A stretch of 64,000 nucleotides of DNA from Octopus bimaculoides (lineage: Eukaryota): the NCBI RefSeq assembly GCF_001194135.2, contig NC_068981.1, positions 53,089,269 to 53,153,268 on the forward strand. Reading direction: 5' to 3'. The position numbers were made by a program, and so were the translations under genes. Of the stretch, positions 24,195-38,880 are shown piece after piece. Numbering within the stretch: the stretch's first letter is position 1; every line of letters starts with the position of its first letter. Below the pieces are notes generated by a model. The model saw nothing but the letters and a program-made list of their open reading frames with translations. It was not told the origin of the DNA and ran no database searches.

Positions 24195-24520
24195 CAAACA
24201 CATGGTTTCAGGTTCAATTCCCCTGCATGGCACATTGTATGTCTTCTACTATTGTCCTGGGCTGACCAAGGACTTGTAAGTTGATTTTGTGGATGGAAAC
24301 TGAAAGAGTCATGTAGAGTATATGTATATATGTGTGTGTCTGCCGCCCTGCCCCACTACTGCTTCTGAAGTGGTGTTCGTTTCTTTACATCCCCATGACT
24401 TTCCACCCAAAAGGAAGGTTTCAAAAAAAATAAGTACTCGGTTTAGTCAGTTGTCCATTTAAACATTTCAAGTTAGTGCCCCAGCATGGCCCCAGTTCAG
24501 TAACTGAAACAAGTGAAAGG
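24195..24520 (+). mobile_element. SINE family C (CORE-like central domain)
   Basis: catggtttcaggttcaattcc...gggctgaccaag..ttgtaagt..atttt.gtggatggaaactgaaag. Related copies at about 40020-40230(-), 46520-46920, 58105-58460 and 63170-63420(-). Confidence 0.75.
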
Positions 24521-27500
24521 TAATATGATGATGATATATATATATATATATATATATACANNNNNNNNNNNNNNNNNNNNNNNNNNNNNNNNNNNNNNNN
24601 NNNNNNNNNNNNNNNNNNNNNNNNNNNNNNNNNNNNNNNNNNNNNNNNNNNNNNNNNNNNAATGTAAATAATGTAAATAATTCCTCATCTCTTAAATATA
24701 GAACTGTAACTTTCTCAGTTATGATCAGTGTAAAGATTCTCCCCCACCCTCAAACCATGATCCATAACATTTTTTTGTCTATGGGTAACATATTTCATTT
24801 CAAATTCTCAGTGAAATAGATAAAGTGAAAAACAAGACAGTGTACGAAAAATTTTGCTAAATAAAGCTAGATTTGTTTAGGATAAACTTGTGTCTGTCGT
24901 TTCTCACTTGGCTATTGTTTTCTTTTCAAGGCCAATGCAGAATGATTCTACAGATCTCTCCTAAATAGATAAGGTACTTCAGAACTTTACGTACCTTCAT
25001 ATGTGAAAAGTTGTTAGACTAATATTAAAATAATTAAATATTTCATATTATTTTCGTGAAATATTCAGTTTTTGTTTTCTAGTTTTATTTTCTTGATAGT
25101 TGTTAAGTCAGTAGAAGAAATTCTTTAAATGTGTAAACTTGGTACTGGCAATCTTTTTGTAGTGGGCCTCGAAAACTATTGCTCATGATAAATTTAGCAA
25201 ACACTGTTTGAACTACAGGGAATCTATACATTAGTTCACCATTATTTTTAATATAAGTTATATAATCATGGCATTACACATGTCATACAAAAATTCAGAA
25301 AGGCCTGCATCTGGTTCATTCTGGTTACATATTTGAAAGTAATGACATGGTAGTATTAATCATAGAAGGGGTAATTTTTCAAACCTGTAGCTATATGAAT
25401 TTGCAAAATCATAAATAAAATCAGATGAGAAGTTTACAAATCTAGTGCCCAATGCTGAACTTGGATTTTTGGAGAAAGAATGTAGCTCTATTTTTTATAG
25501 AGATACAACAGATGGTCATGATACCTAAGGCAGTGAAAATTTGCAAGAACATCAAAAAGTGAATGATTGTACAATGTGTGACAAAAAGAACAAAACCCAA
25601 TTAAATTACAAAATTACAATCTTTCAACCAAGCAGTGGTTTCACACACACACATACACATACACACACTGAAATCAGTACCACAATTTTCTTAAAGTCAT
25701 GAAAGAATAGTTTACATATTTATGTCTTACTTCAATATTTGTGCCAGTGGTACATAAAAAGCACCCAACACATTCTGTAAAGTGGTTGGCATCAGGAAGG
25801 ACATCCAGCCCTAGAAACCATGTCAAAACAGACAATCAGAGCCTGGACACCTCCCCAGTTGGCCAGCTCCTTTCAAACTGTCCAACCCATGCCAGCATGG
25901 GAAACAGACATTAAATGATGATGATGATAAATTACATTTTTTCCATGTATTTAATAACATAGTCTTTAATGCTGCCATATTTTAGTATATTCACTTCAAT
26001 GATAGCCTCAAACTGAAATGGTTCTCTGCTCCTGGTATAGTTACATGGATTCTGAGAGCAGGTCAAGTCATGTACTAGAGTCCTGTTTGTAACTCAGAAA
26101 TGATTACATTAGGATGGATATTTGATACAATTGGATAATGAGTGCTGGGTGTAAAAGTTTGCTTAGTAGAAGATTCTTCTGGCAGAAAACTCAGGAGGAA
26201 TTGTGAAGTAAAATCTGAGAATATTGTACTTCATAGCTGAGAGAATGCAAAATTATGACAAATGGCAGTTTGCCATTCTGCAGACCCTTTCAATATGTGG
26301 TAGCATGGAAATGTGGGCGTTGAACCATTGATGATAAAGAATTATCCTTACAATTTTTTTTATTCTGCTTTATAATTATTGTTTACACTACATTAAGGTC
26401 CTGCTCACTCTTGTCCAATGCACTACAGAAGGCCACTTTGCATTACAACTCATTTGTGCTAATTTATATCATTAATTTTAATTAATTGAATCCATGAGAA
26501 TGACTATCTATATTTGAGCTTTCAGAACTAGATTGTATAAAAGATAAAAGAAAACATAGGAATCCTCTGCAGATGTGTTGCTAGTCTTGATTCATAGCCC
26601 ATTCATTGATATCTTTTCTTTTGTTTGACATGTGTTAGCACATGTCATTTAACTAAAGTTTTTTTTTTATAAGTTCTCTTTATAGCCATTTCTTCCAGAT
26701 GTTGCAAAATTTCATTACACTAGCAAAATATAACAATAGCATCAAAACAGGCACACCAAACAGTTATTTCAAAGTTTGTGACTATTTGACTAAACTTCAC
26801 ATAAATTAGTATGCTGATGACAAACAATCTTTTTTAATACTTAATTGATTGCTTTGGAATATAAACATGAAAACTGTACCACTTGGGATACTATTTAATT
26901 ATAATGTAAAATAAGTTTAGATTAAATAAAACTATATGTATAATTAGCTATTTGTTTTGATCATACTTTTCATCATTTTGCCTGTTCATATAATAGCTTC
27001 AAATTATGAAGATAGGATCTCCTTTAGTATGTTGCTGAAACATTAAAGTAGTGTTTGTGAGTTGGAACATGAAATTACTAATAAAATATTGGTTTCAAAT
27101 TTTTGCACAAGGCCAGCAATTTTGATCCCAATGATCAACTGGTACTTATTTTATCGACTCTGAAAGGATGAAAGGCTAAGTTGACCTTGGCAGAATTACA
27201 AATAAAATATTGACTGTAACCTATGACAACAGAACACTCACTTCATAGAATTAGTTTGGGGAGTTAAATGTCACAGAATTTATAAAATAATTTTGAATTG
27301 TAGAGTAGCAAAAGTTAAGATTGACATTTTAGTGATGAATTAAAACACTGACACACAAATTGTGTTGTGTCAATTGTCAAAATGTATTAGTTTATTATAC
27401 TTGCATCATCTTGCTGAAAATAAACATTGAAAATATATTCAAACTGTTCAAAGACTTTTTGATAATTCAAGAAAATATCTGAACTATGATTCCTTCTAGC

Positions 27501-30500
27501 TGAAAGAGTTATCCACCTGATGACTGATGTCCTGTGAATAAACTGTTATACCAGAAACACGTACACTAAGCCCCTTATCATAATCATTAGATTACAGAAT
27601 CCTGTAATCTAATAAGCAGAGCAGATGGTGCTGACTTGGGACTCTAGTATGAAGTTGAACTAGATTGATCTAGTATCTATTCCTGTCAGCTGGGTGAATT
27701 GATATGATGTGAAGTAAAAGGTTCTACCCAGCATTACTTAGTCATTTTGAGCCCTAGAATATTTAAGACATATATATCATTATTGATTTCTGATATCATA
27801 TCAGATCCAATATTTGACTGGTACTTATTTTATCAACCGTAAAAGTATGAAAGGCAAAGTTAACTCAGGTAGGTTTTGAATGAAACAACAAAAGACTTTT
27901 TGTTCAGCAAGTCATCTGTTTCTGTCAATCTACTGCCTTAAATTTATATGTTATTGTTGACAGATATTCTTGTATTGTTTCAGCCAACTTTTTGTATCAT
28001 ACTAGGCTACCATCAAGGATAATTTCTAAAGAAATTTATTATTCTGAAACTATGAAGATATTTCATTGCCCGCTTCTATATCTTAGAATTAGAGAAACAC
28101 AGAAAATATTTTCATTCTTACACAGTTTTGTTTGAATTTGTGTGTTTGTACAAAAACATAACTAATTTGATAGGTTATTAGGTAGTAACTTGTTAGTAAC
28201 TTGTTACAGAATCATGTAGTTATTGAGAAAGACATAACTCTCAAATTCTTCTCTTCATTTAACTATAAGGCATTCTGCAGAGTAGGACTTAAGTCACTAC
28301 CATAGACAGCAGCAACACAGCTTGCAATTCTGAGCTTAGTTTTCCTTAAAATGTTGCTTCCCACGAGATTAAATTGTAAATATATGGATCTGGTTACCTG
28401 TTGATGGATACTTTTGGAGTATCAACAAAATTAGGAAGCAAGCTATATGCATACAGTTACACAAATTTTTTATAGTAATAAAGTGGGCTTATAATAATTG
28501 TGCAATAATTCTAAAGATTTCAGTTTGAGGGAGATGTTTCTATTATGATTAGCTGAATGTGATCAAATTGGTATCTATATATGCTTAAGTATTTTGTAAA
28601 TTTAAATATGTTTCTAATTATATCGTAATAGATTCATGTTTCACTAATTTAGAGAATTAGAGCTGATCTTTAGTCCATTGTAGAATGTTCTTAAGTTTTG
28701 AGATAATGTTGACAATTTTACATTAAACAGAATTTTGTTCTAGTAACAGCTTTGGCTGTATAGTTAAGAAGTTTCCTTTGTTACATTCTGCATTCAACCT
28801 TGATATGTGGTACCTTTGCTTTATGTGTTCTGTCATAATTTGGGATTGACTAATACTATTTGAATGGAATTTGATAGACTGAAACTGTGCAGAAGCCCAT
28901 ATTGTGTCTGTATACATGTACATAGCTATCTATCTATCTATCTGTCTCCAATATGTACAGGTGAAAAAATTGAAAGACTAGTGTTTTTAACAATGTCCCT
29001 TGCAGTATTTTCTATGCTCTTATCGCAAACATTTCCTTGTCATTCTTACCATCTGAAAAGCCTGTTGAAAACCTGTCACCAGTAGAGTTATTTAATAAAG
29101 TTTTTAATGAAAATGTTACTGTGGTTTTAACATGCATTTGAACACAATAAGAAGCAGAATTTAAATGAACAATGTACAATAAATTTTAGTTCTGTCTGTT
29201 CTTAGGTATTATCTATCCATATAACCACTAGCATATATGTTTAAATAAACAGCAAATTTGAAGTAATTTTATGTCCTGCCTAAATCTTTTTCATAATTTT
29301 ATATAGTAGTGTGCAAAAGATTCAGGTTCACTATAAAATTATTTTAGATCTGGTATTTATTAATATGTTGATATTTTAGCTTTGGTAGGAGAGTCTGTCC
29401 TCTGTTGCATAATTTAACAGATTTACATTTATTTTGTTGGAAATTTAAATGTTAATTAAATTTACAACACACTTGAAATACATTTGTAAGAAACAAGAAC
29501 TCGTTACACACAGATCATGTGACAGAACTCAATCAAATGTCAGTTACTAAAGTATATCCATTTATATGCGAAATGAATCTTGAGAAGTGAGTTTATCAGT
29601 TTATTAATGCTTTCAGATATTAGCAAACTGTTAGAGCAAGTGTCTTTATTAATGTGAGGTTTTCCTACAACTACTGATCAATAACAGGTATGGTATTTGT
29701 TGGCTATACATATAAATGTAACTAGAATGTCTGACCCAGAGGCACAAAATACCAGCTCATTCAAGGTTAATAGTGTTGCATCAAAGAATCTATTTCTAAG
29801 GGTCAGCATGAAAAACTTTTCTTGTTTGACAATTTATAAATGGAACATAGAAGAAACACTTGTATCTAAAAATCTACTATTGCAAATATCAAATAATTTA
29901 ACATAGATTTACAAATATTAGAATCAATGAAATTCTTATTGCAGAAATTTAAACAGTTCCGTTAGGAACATTTTTTTTCTAAAGCAGACAAGATCTGTTG
30001 GATGCAACCAGTGAATGTATTTGGAAATAACGTGTATTTATTATTTTTTTTTAAGCCAAGAGCTTAACTCACACTCTTTCTTTTTGGAAAACAAGCCATT
30101 TTAAGAAAAAGTAGCTTGAGATATTTTGTTTTAACCATATGCTGTGGAATGGTATCAGTGGAGCATCTCCACTGTATATAACTGGGCAGCATAGAGGAAT
30201 GGTGCAAATAAACTGATTATGGAAGGTTCAATTTTTCATGCAATACATCTGTCTATTCTAGATGAATGCTTTGCATAGCATATTCAGCCAACTCAACTCA
30301 GTCCAAAATAATACTCCCAGCATCATCATATTTGATGGAGTAGATGCTAGCAAAATCTTACAGCACAAGAGACAGGTTTGCTGTAAGAATAGTACTGTAT
30401 AAAATGCATGGAAACTGCAGTCTACTGGAATTCAGAGCTATGCTGCTATGGCAGTGCTTGATACCAAAACCCACACATTGCACAGGAGCTTTCAGCACGT

Positions 30501-31109
30501 GTTTATCAACGTATGAATCAAACTTATAGAAGTATTTCTATACCTCTGTAGAAATAACCTTTAACTGGTAGAGCATACTTTCAAAATCTGAGAGCAGATA
30601 TTTTCAGTTACTTTTACCGTTGATGGAGTAATGGACCAGTCATTGGTTTGTTGAAACACTCTTTCAACTCAAATGTTCTATAAAAGATGTTATACAAAGA
30701 CTAGTGCTGTCATATCTGTGAATGCCTGATGCCATGATTCACGTATTGAATGAGAGCTTTCTGCATTTGGCTATTAATAGATGGGACAAACTTCTGGAAG
30801 ATACAATTGCAGCTACCTCAGTGGATGGAACTCTAGCTTTCAAAACCATGGTGCACAAACAGTTTGCCACCTTCACTGTTGATAATGCAGGGAACAAATG
30901 ATTGATTTATTGAACTCCTCCCTGAGTTCATACAAGCAAGCCTATTTTCCTAAAAGCTATGAACAGTGATGAAGTAAACAAGAAGACATTAAAAACATGT
31001 AAATCTAGAGTAAAGTAAATAGTAAATGTCAGCAACATTCTTGTATAAGAATAATATATGTACGTACGTAATACATACATACATGCATACATGCATGTGT
31101 GTGTGTGTG

Positions 31110-31743
31110 TATATGAAGAATGTTTCAAAACTTTTGCACTTGATTTGATCCCTTTTGTCACTGATCTGAAATTATTGTTTTATTTGTTGCTTTGTCGTTA
31201 AGGTTGTTTGGCTTGAACCGTTTGATCAGATATTATTATGTATGACTTTCTGTAGGTTGGCCGCCCTGCCTTTAGCACTTGCATGCTAAAAAGTGATTCT
31301 CTTGTGGTTACATAACCAAGGTTTGACCTTGATCACTCCAGTTTTCTTTCTTGTGTTACAGAATAAAAATGGCCACTCCATTGGCAGTGTGCACCAAGGA
31401 AGAACAGAGATCAGTGATCCATGACAAGCTTTGCTTCTGCAAAGTCTGTGTGAGATGGGTGCCAAGAGAGTTACTGAAGCACATAAGTGCAGTCATGTGG
31501 CAATCTGTCAAAGCTTAGTCACTACCATGGTGAAGGTGAAGATTTTTTGGAGAGAATAGTCACAGGAGATGAAACTTGGGTCCATGACTTTGAGCCAAAA
31601 TCCAAAGCAAGCTTGTGGACTACTGGAAGAAGTGTGTTGAAAATCAAGGAGACTATAGCGAAAACTGATGTAATTGTTCAACCCTAGTGTATGTTTTAAA
31701 TTACAGAAATGGTTGCATATAATTTATGACACATCCTTGTATA
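31110..31743 (+). mobile_element. Internally deleted mariner remnant
   Basis: MATPLAVCTKEEQRSVI start, RWVPR motif and FLERIVTGDETWVHDFEP (first catalytic D). Degenerate TA-flanked ends. Confidence 0.7.
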
Positions 31744-31790
31744 CACACACAGAAATGGTCATGTGATTAAGAAGTGCTTTTTGCAACTAT

Positions 31791-33105
31791 TAGGTTGGCA
31801 ACTAAGTTCCCGCCATTTTTTTAAATTTAAATTTTATAAAGGGTTTAATAAAAAATAACAACTAATTAATCAATAATGTATTCACCCTTGTTGTTTACAA
31901 CTTCTTCCCAACGTTCAACAAGATTTTCAATACCTTGTTGGTAGAAATCACCTGATTTCGACTTGAAAAATTGATCCAACCAAGCTCTCAATTCTGCATC
32001 AGTATTAAACGAAACTCCGCGCATAGCATTTGAAAGAGATCGAAAGAGATGGAAATCCGTTGGTGCCAAATCAGGAGAGTACGGCGGGTGTAGCAGCACT
32101 TCCCAACCATGCGTTTGAATGGCTTCCTTGGTCATATTGGCAATATGAAGGTGGGCATTGTCATGCAGCAGAAGAACTCCATGCTGCTGATTAGGTTTTT
32201 CTCTTGAATAGCCCTGTTGAGTCATTCTATCTGTTGAACATAGAGTTCTGCGTTGACTGTTTGGTTCCGTTCAAGCAATTCATAATGGATAATTTCTTCC
32301 CAGTCTCACCATATGCACCACATCGTTTTATGTGGATGAAGATCTTATTTCATGTGCGGTGTCGCTTGTTTACCGGGGCTAAACCATTCCTAATACTGCT
32401 TCATATTGATGTATAGGCACCATTTTTCGTCGCCAGTAACTTTTCGGTAAAGAAATTGTTGCTTGCATCCATGAGTTGAGCGGTGACGAGCAAGCAAACC
32501 AGTGGAGATTGTGGCTCGTTGATTTTAGTTGTTGTCATTTAAAGCATGCAGAACCCATGCTCCATACTCCTGAACCTTTCCCATTGAGTGAAGATGCTTC
32601 TCTATAGCAGTGTGGGAGCATTCCATTTTCTCAGCCAGTTCCATTGTTGTTTGACGAGAATTTTCGTGCAAAAGTTGGTTTAATCACTCTTCATTGAACT
32701 CAACTGGATGGCCAGAATGAGGTGCATCTTTGAGGTCAAAATTTCCATTTTTGAATTTGGCATACCAATGATGAGTGGTTCTTTCAGCTATGGACCCTCT
32801 CCATACACAGCACAAATGTCGCGAGTGGCTTTTGTAGCCTTAGAACCTTGATTAAAAGCAAAAAGGTGTCGAAAATGCTTGTTTTTCTTAACTTGACATT
32901 CCATTTTAATGATCTGAAAATAAACAGAAATTAACTAAAATTAACTAGAAAAAGAAACAAAATAGATTCCAAAATGATTCAAAATTAGAATTCTCAAAAA
33001 AAAAAAGATTCCAAAATTTTAAAATGCAATAAATTCCAAAATTAAAAAAATGGCGTAGCTCTTTGCTCTGACATTTGAAACTCTGAGTACTATAATGACA
33101 ACCTT
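31791..33105 (-). mobile_element. Near full-length mariner (DD34D) element; transposase pseudogene 31866-32904
   Basis: ATG at 32904 (MECQVKKNKHFRH...), VTGDEKW, HDNA and HPPYSPDLAPTDFHLF; frameshifts and stops. TIR core taggttggca at 31791. Confidence 0.92.
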
Positions 33106-33349
33106 TTACTGTTTGTTCTAAATTATAACGTATGTAAACACTCCTCTATTTCTCTAATATTGAGGTCTCATTCTTTTGTTGTTACATTTTATTATATATA
33201 TACACACACACACATAATCATTAACATATATCTCTACAGACATATCTATAATATATCTGTGATTGTTTGTTTGTGAGTGTGTATGTGTATGATTCAGGTT
33301 TGGATGAATTATTGCTGTTGTCATAAAGAGGAACAGATAGTCACACACA

Positions 33350-34060
33350 GAGTGAAGTGGGGACAGCAGAAGGAGATTGAAGAAATTTTTCTAAATTTAC
33401 TGGCCTACATGGAAAATTGTGGTGTTGTGATGTATATATCAACATAATGTAATATTTTCACAATATCCCTTCTCTTTCAAGGCAAGCATGACCAAGGAGA
33501 GTGATGACGAAAGGAGTGAAAGGGGAGGGTGTGGTATGATGGGAGAAACACAGTGATAAGTGAAAATGTAATAGAAGAGAGACAGTACTAAGCACATGTT
33601 GGTTCTTCTTAAAGAGAGTGAATAAGAAACATCATGAGCAACATGATAAAATATGGAGATGAGTGGCAGAGAGCGGGTGATGGACAACATTAAAGATGGA
33701 CAATGTCAAGTGGCAATGGTAGTTGTCATTGGCATAGAGTGATGTGGATAGAGAGGAATAGTTTATGGTAATGAAGAATGACATTAGGGAGTACTGGATA
33801 TAGACAGATTTAGTGCCATCCCTTGTTATACATGTATAACAAAAGAGAGGTAGTTTGATTGAGAGGTGAAGGTTGAAGAGGTACTGAATAGTAATGGATC
33901 TTTGTGGTGAGATTAAATATGAACAGATTAAATGGTATTCCTCATTACACAGGCAGCATGATGCAGCAGATAGGAGACAGAATGAATGATAAATGAGAGG
34001 GTGAGGCAGAGGCCAATAGATGGAAACTTAGCAGGAATACAAAGAGCAAGAGATGCAATG
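33350..34060. repeat. Purine-rich dispersed repeat, unclassified
   Basis: GA-rich degenerate sequence. Similar blocks at about 60300-60620 and, in reverse orientation, 38900-39110, 42350-42650 and 45520-46260. Confidence 0.45.
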
Positions 34061-35004
34061 TACATATATTATACATCCTAAGTCTACCCCTCCTTGACCA
34101 TTTTAAAACTGTTTTGCTAGGCTTGCACTATGATATATATTTTTTGTTGAACATTTCTCCTTGATAAAGACATGTTTCTAAATTTGCTGATCTGCAGGAA
34201 AGACTCTAGTGTTGACATGCATGCATACATACATACATATGTATGTGTGTAAATACGTATGTACATGTATCAACCAATTAACCACAAAGTTGACATATAC
34301 ATAAATGACATATATTTTCTTTCATGTTTACTGTCACACATGCATACTTATACATAGAAGCAATACACATACATGCATACATGCATGCATGCATATACAC
34401 AAACATATAAATACATATGCATATACACAAGCATAATATATTCACTAACACATATGCATATGTACATATCTATTTGTGGTTGCTGGTTCGTGAGTGTGTA
34501 TGCATATGAATCAAGGTTGGACGAATTATTGTTGATGTCAGAAAGAGGGACAGACAATCACACACACACAATGTTTGTGCTAGGTACATACATCTGTATT
34601 TTTTCTTTCAGATACACGATACATATATGCATGCCCAAATGTACATACCCACTCACAAATATATACAAAGACACATACTTCCTCATACATATACACATAA
34701 ATATACATGCTCTTGCATAAATGATCAAGTTCATATGTATACGTGTGACATATGCACTCACTACATGACATAATTACAGGCAGAGAGGGGCTATGCAACT
34801 TCTTTTGATATTTTCTATAAACCCAGGCAACACTGGGTTTAGTATATTTTATATTTTGCAAAGATGATATATTTGCTCAAAGACTGTTTAGGCTGCTATA
34901 TTACTTAATTCCTTCATATTACACACAGAACAAAAGAAAAAGAGTAAAAATTGGTGCTTTTGTTGTAGGCTGCCAGTACATAACATTTATTTATACTTTA
35001 GATG

Positions 35005-35790
35005 TTCTGAGAGCATAGCTACTAGAATAAGAGTAGGTTGGGCAAAGTTCAGAGAGCTTTTACCTTTGTTGGCAACAAAGGCTTCTCCCTCTGATTGAAA
35101 GACAGATTGTATGATGCCTGTGTGCAAATAGCTATGCTACATGGCAGTGAAACATAGGCTGCAATGGCAGAGGACAAGCAAAGGCTTGAAAGAAATTAAT
35201 CTAGTATGCTCCACTGGATGTACAGTGTCAGTGTACATGTACAACTGAGTGTTAGAATCTTGAGAGAAAAATTGGGCATAAAGTGGCATCAGATGTGGTG
35301 TGCAAGAGAGATGTCTATGCTGGTATGGTCATGTGATGTCCATGGATGAGGACAGCTGCGTAAAGAAGTGCTGATCTCTAATTGTGGAGGGAACCTGTGG
35401 AAGAGGTAGACCCAGGTGGTGAAGCATGATCTTCGAATGTGGGGTGTCATGGAGGCAATAAGTGATCATAACCTTTGGTGATTTGCTGTGCTTGAGAAGA
35501 TTTGTCAAGCCAAATGAAAGTGAAGTTGTGGCTGGTGCTGGTGACATGTAACAGCTTCAGTGCTGGTGACACATAAATGCACCAATGCCAATGACATATA
35601 AAAGGCACCCATTACACTCTTGGAGTGGTTGGTATTAGGAAAGGCATTCAGCCATAGAAACCAAGCCAAATTCAGACTAGAACCTGGTGCAGCTCTCTGG
35701 CTTATAAGTTCCAGTCAAGTAGTCTATCCCATGCCAGCATGGAAAGCAATCATTAAATAATAATGATAATGATGATGAAGATGAGGAGGA
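35005..35790 (+). mobile_element. RTE LINE 3' fragment with (GAT)n tail
   Basis: Homologous to 16830-17352 (SIATRIRVGWAKFRE...WYGHV...GRGRPR), followed by the shared 3' UTR. Confidence 0.85.
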
Positions 35791-37729
35791 GGAGGAGTCT
35801 ATGCTGTGCATCCCACTTTCCAAGAATGTGTCAGGTCAAAATCAGTTCACCAGCTTTAAACATTGGATGGCCACATTTGTGTTACACACAGAGAATTGTT
35901 TTTCAGATGATGCCTGTTACAAATCGATGGTCACTTGGAATCAACAATCACAGAAGTAGATACTTCACATTCATCCTTAAATCTTTCAGATAAAACTAAA
36001 TTGTTTCCTAATACTTTTTGTACTCTTAAAAGAACTAAGAATATATGTACCCAAAAAAAACAATAGATATTGGAAAAACTTACTGATTAGAAAAATTATT
36101 TATTTGCAGTAATTACAGACAATTATCACAGTATTTTTTTTATGGGGTGCAGATGGGGAGGGGGTCAAAAAAAAAATTTTATGTTAAACATTTGTTTCTT
36201 TACTTATTCATTTTCATGTGGCTCAACTTGAACTTGAACGCAACAATTCCTAATGAATCAATATTCTTGGACAAATTGCAGATCAACATTTTTTCAAGGA
36301 ATTCATCAAAAAATATCAATCTAACTACATGTGTCTACATGAATGAATATATGTATGTAGAACACTTTCCACTTTTTTGTACCTATATATCTGAAATTTT
36401 GCACAGGGGTACATCTTTGTGGTTCTTTAAGGATAATGTTATAAGCTCTGTAACTTTTGATATTTTCTATAAAGCCAGCTGGAGGAGATGTCTTCCTGGG
36501 GCTACAAGCTACAGTAGCATCAACCCTTAAGGGTTAGCCACATTTAGGTGACAAATATACCTCACAATATATACCACGTCATGTACCCAGTTATGTATCT
36601 ATATGTACATGTAGATGAAGGTATGTACATACCTGTACATATATATGCATATACTCATATATTGTTTATATATATATATATGTATGTATATGAAATGGAA
36701 TAGAGGAAAGTATGCATTGAAATGCATAATTCAAAACATGTAGGCACTCAAAAGGGATTATCATGGAATGTAGCAACAGAATATAGACGGAAGTGTATAG
36801 AGTAAATGAAGGTCTAAATAGGAGCCCTGGATTAATATATCAGAACTAAAGTAGGAAAAAAATGCTTTATGTAAATATATATGCCGAAAGGTTGTGGAAA
36901 AAAGTATTGGATTAGAAAGATAAGTGATTTGTAAGTCAAGAATAAAATGCAGGGTAAGATATAAATACAATTGTTAATAAACAATATATGAGTGTCAGTG
37001 TGGAAATTTGGTAGGACTATGAAGTAAAAACAGAGAATATCAGAAATATTAAATATTTGAGTAAATAGGTACCCAAGGCTATATATATGAAGAGTAGTAC
37101 TATACAGATTCATTTAGTTTAACAAATAATAAAGCTAATTTAACAAATCTAATAAAATGTGGAAAAAATATTTGTTCTCAGATCACAGAGAAACCTATAA
37201 ATGTATAAGGCTACACTGTGTATTAAGCTGGTAAAACATAACAGTAAAATGAAACCATAAAAAAACAAGCACGTATGTCTTATAAAAAGAAACGAGGAGA
37301 AATGTACAAAGCTATATCCTAGTGCTTATTAAAGTTGGTAATCTTAGTAAAGATAATTTCATAGACTTTTGTAGTGCAGAAACTGCAATTGTATTCTATT
37401 CCATGAATGCAATTTAGTTCTAGAATTCATCATCATCATCATCATCATCGTTTAACGTCCGCTTTCCATACTGGCATGGGTTGGATGGTTTGACTGAGGA
37501 CTGGCAAGCCAGGAGGCTGCATCAGGCTCCAATCTGATCTGGCAAGGTTTCTACAGCTGGATGCCCTTCCTAACGCCAACCACCCTGAGAGTGTAGTGGG
37601 TGCTTTTTACATGCCACCAGCATGGGGGACAGTCAGGTGGTACTAGTATTGACCATGCTCAATGTGCTACCAGCACGTAAAAATTGATTTCTGATTTTGA
37701 GTTGTAAGGTATATTAGAATACTTAATTC

Positions 37730-38011
37730 TCAAACATAACTAGGAAATGAGGTAAAATTGCTTCTGATAATGATTAGAAATGAATCATGATCACGATCAT
37801 CATTTTCTGTGCCTGTTTCTACCATATTTGCATTGGTTGGATGGGCCATCTCAAGAACAGCATCATTTTTCATGTCCTTGATTGTTTTATCTATCACACT
37901 GCTTTTAATATGAACTATTAGTCCTTCTGTAGGGTCAACACGAATTAGTGCCTCTTTATCTCGTGCATTTTCCACATTTAGAAGCCTCTTATAATAGCAC
38001 GTCCATGTCAC
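37730..38011 (-). mobile_element. RTE LINE fragment (EN-RT linker)
   Basis: WTCYYKRLLNVENARDKEALIRVDPTEG...IDKTIKDMK. Confidence 0.7.
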
Positions 38012-38049
38012 TTTACTTTTTGTCTCGTGAGAACTCTCTTGTCTAGAAG

Positions 38050-38880
38050 AATCATGCTTTTGTGTATTGGCACTTTGGGAGAAATTTTATGCATATGGCT
38101 TGCATTATTGACACAAGTTCTTTAAGTTTCATGTCATTCTCTTATATTGAGAGACTTTTGAGCCAGTTTTGTTGTAGGGTCTTTTTCTGGAACCAATTTC
38201 CAGTCAGCTTTGTGGAAGTGTAGGTAGGGTAGGCTTTAGGTGCTTCCTGTGAGATATACATATTTGATTAGCTTTGTACATACATTGTTAGTTACTTATG
38301 TTATGGTCTCAGAAAATCATTGACTGCACCTTCATATTGTAGATATATTCCACATTATTGGTGAAACAGATTCAAGATGTTTTTGCTCCAGATTGGGAAC
38401 ACTATTATTTGTTCCATGAACATCATTTTAGTGAGATCAAGTTGAAATTCTGCTTAATTTTATTCTTTGTATGACATTCTTGAGATTATGTTGCTTCAGG
38501 CCATTTGATGTCAGAAAAGTTGAAATTGTCCAACAGAAGTACATTAATTTGTTGATCTAACTTTGTTAGTACTTCTTTTATCATTCTAAAGCTTTCCTCA
38601 AGTTTACAAGAGTGATTTGCAGCATCGTATAGACAATATGATGTACATATTATCACATCAAGTTGCTTTACATGCACTATGAGTGTATCATAGACAAAGT
38701 TTGAATATGACAATAGAATTAATGTGTGACATCTTCACAGATGTACATGACAACTCCACCATGATTTCTTTCTTTTCTGACTGTATGAAACACATCGCTG
38801 TATCATCTATGACTGCACATAGGCATGTTTTAGTAAGTGCTATACATATTGCTTGATTGCATGCTGAAAGACCTCCCAAA
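38050..38880 (-). mobile_element. CR1-like LINE remnant
   Basis: Endonuclease-like LLLDNFNFSDIKWP in ORF 38486-38713; decayed. Confidence 0.5.

Noticed and set aside
24995-25018. Possible minus-strand microexons (24995-25018, 28398-28442, about 29049-29117, near 57865)
   Set aside because: Isolated splice-like motifs are common in AT-rich DNA, and there is no coherent reading frame or homology.
27332-27417. GTGATGA...CTGA as a second C/D snoRNA
   Set aside because: Only a 4-bp A/T terminal stem, which is expected by chance.
30100-30900. GC-richer blocks at 30100-30900, 39100-39550 and 43200-43880 as host exons
   Set aside because: All frames are interrupted, and faint LINE-like motifs (e.g. 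PSSHHPIAL) suggest very old retroelement debris that I cannot classify.
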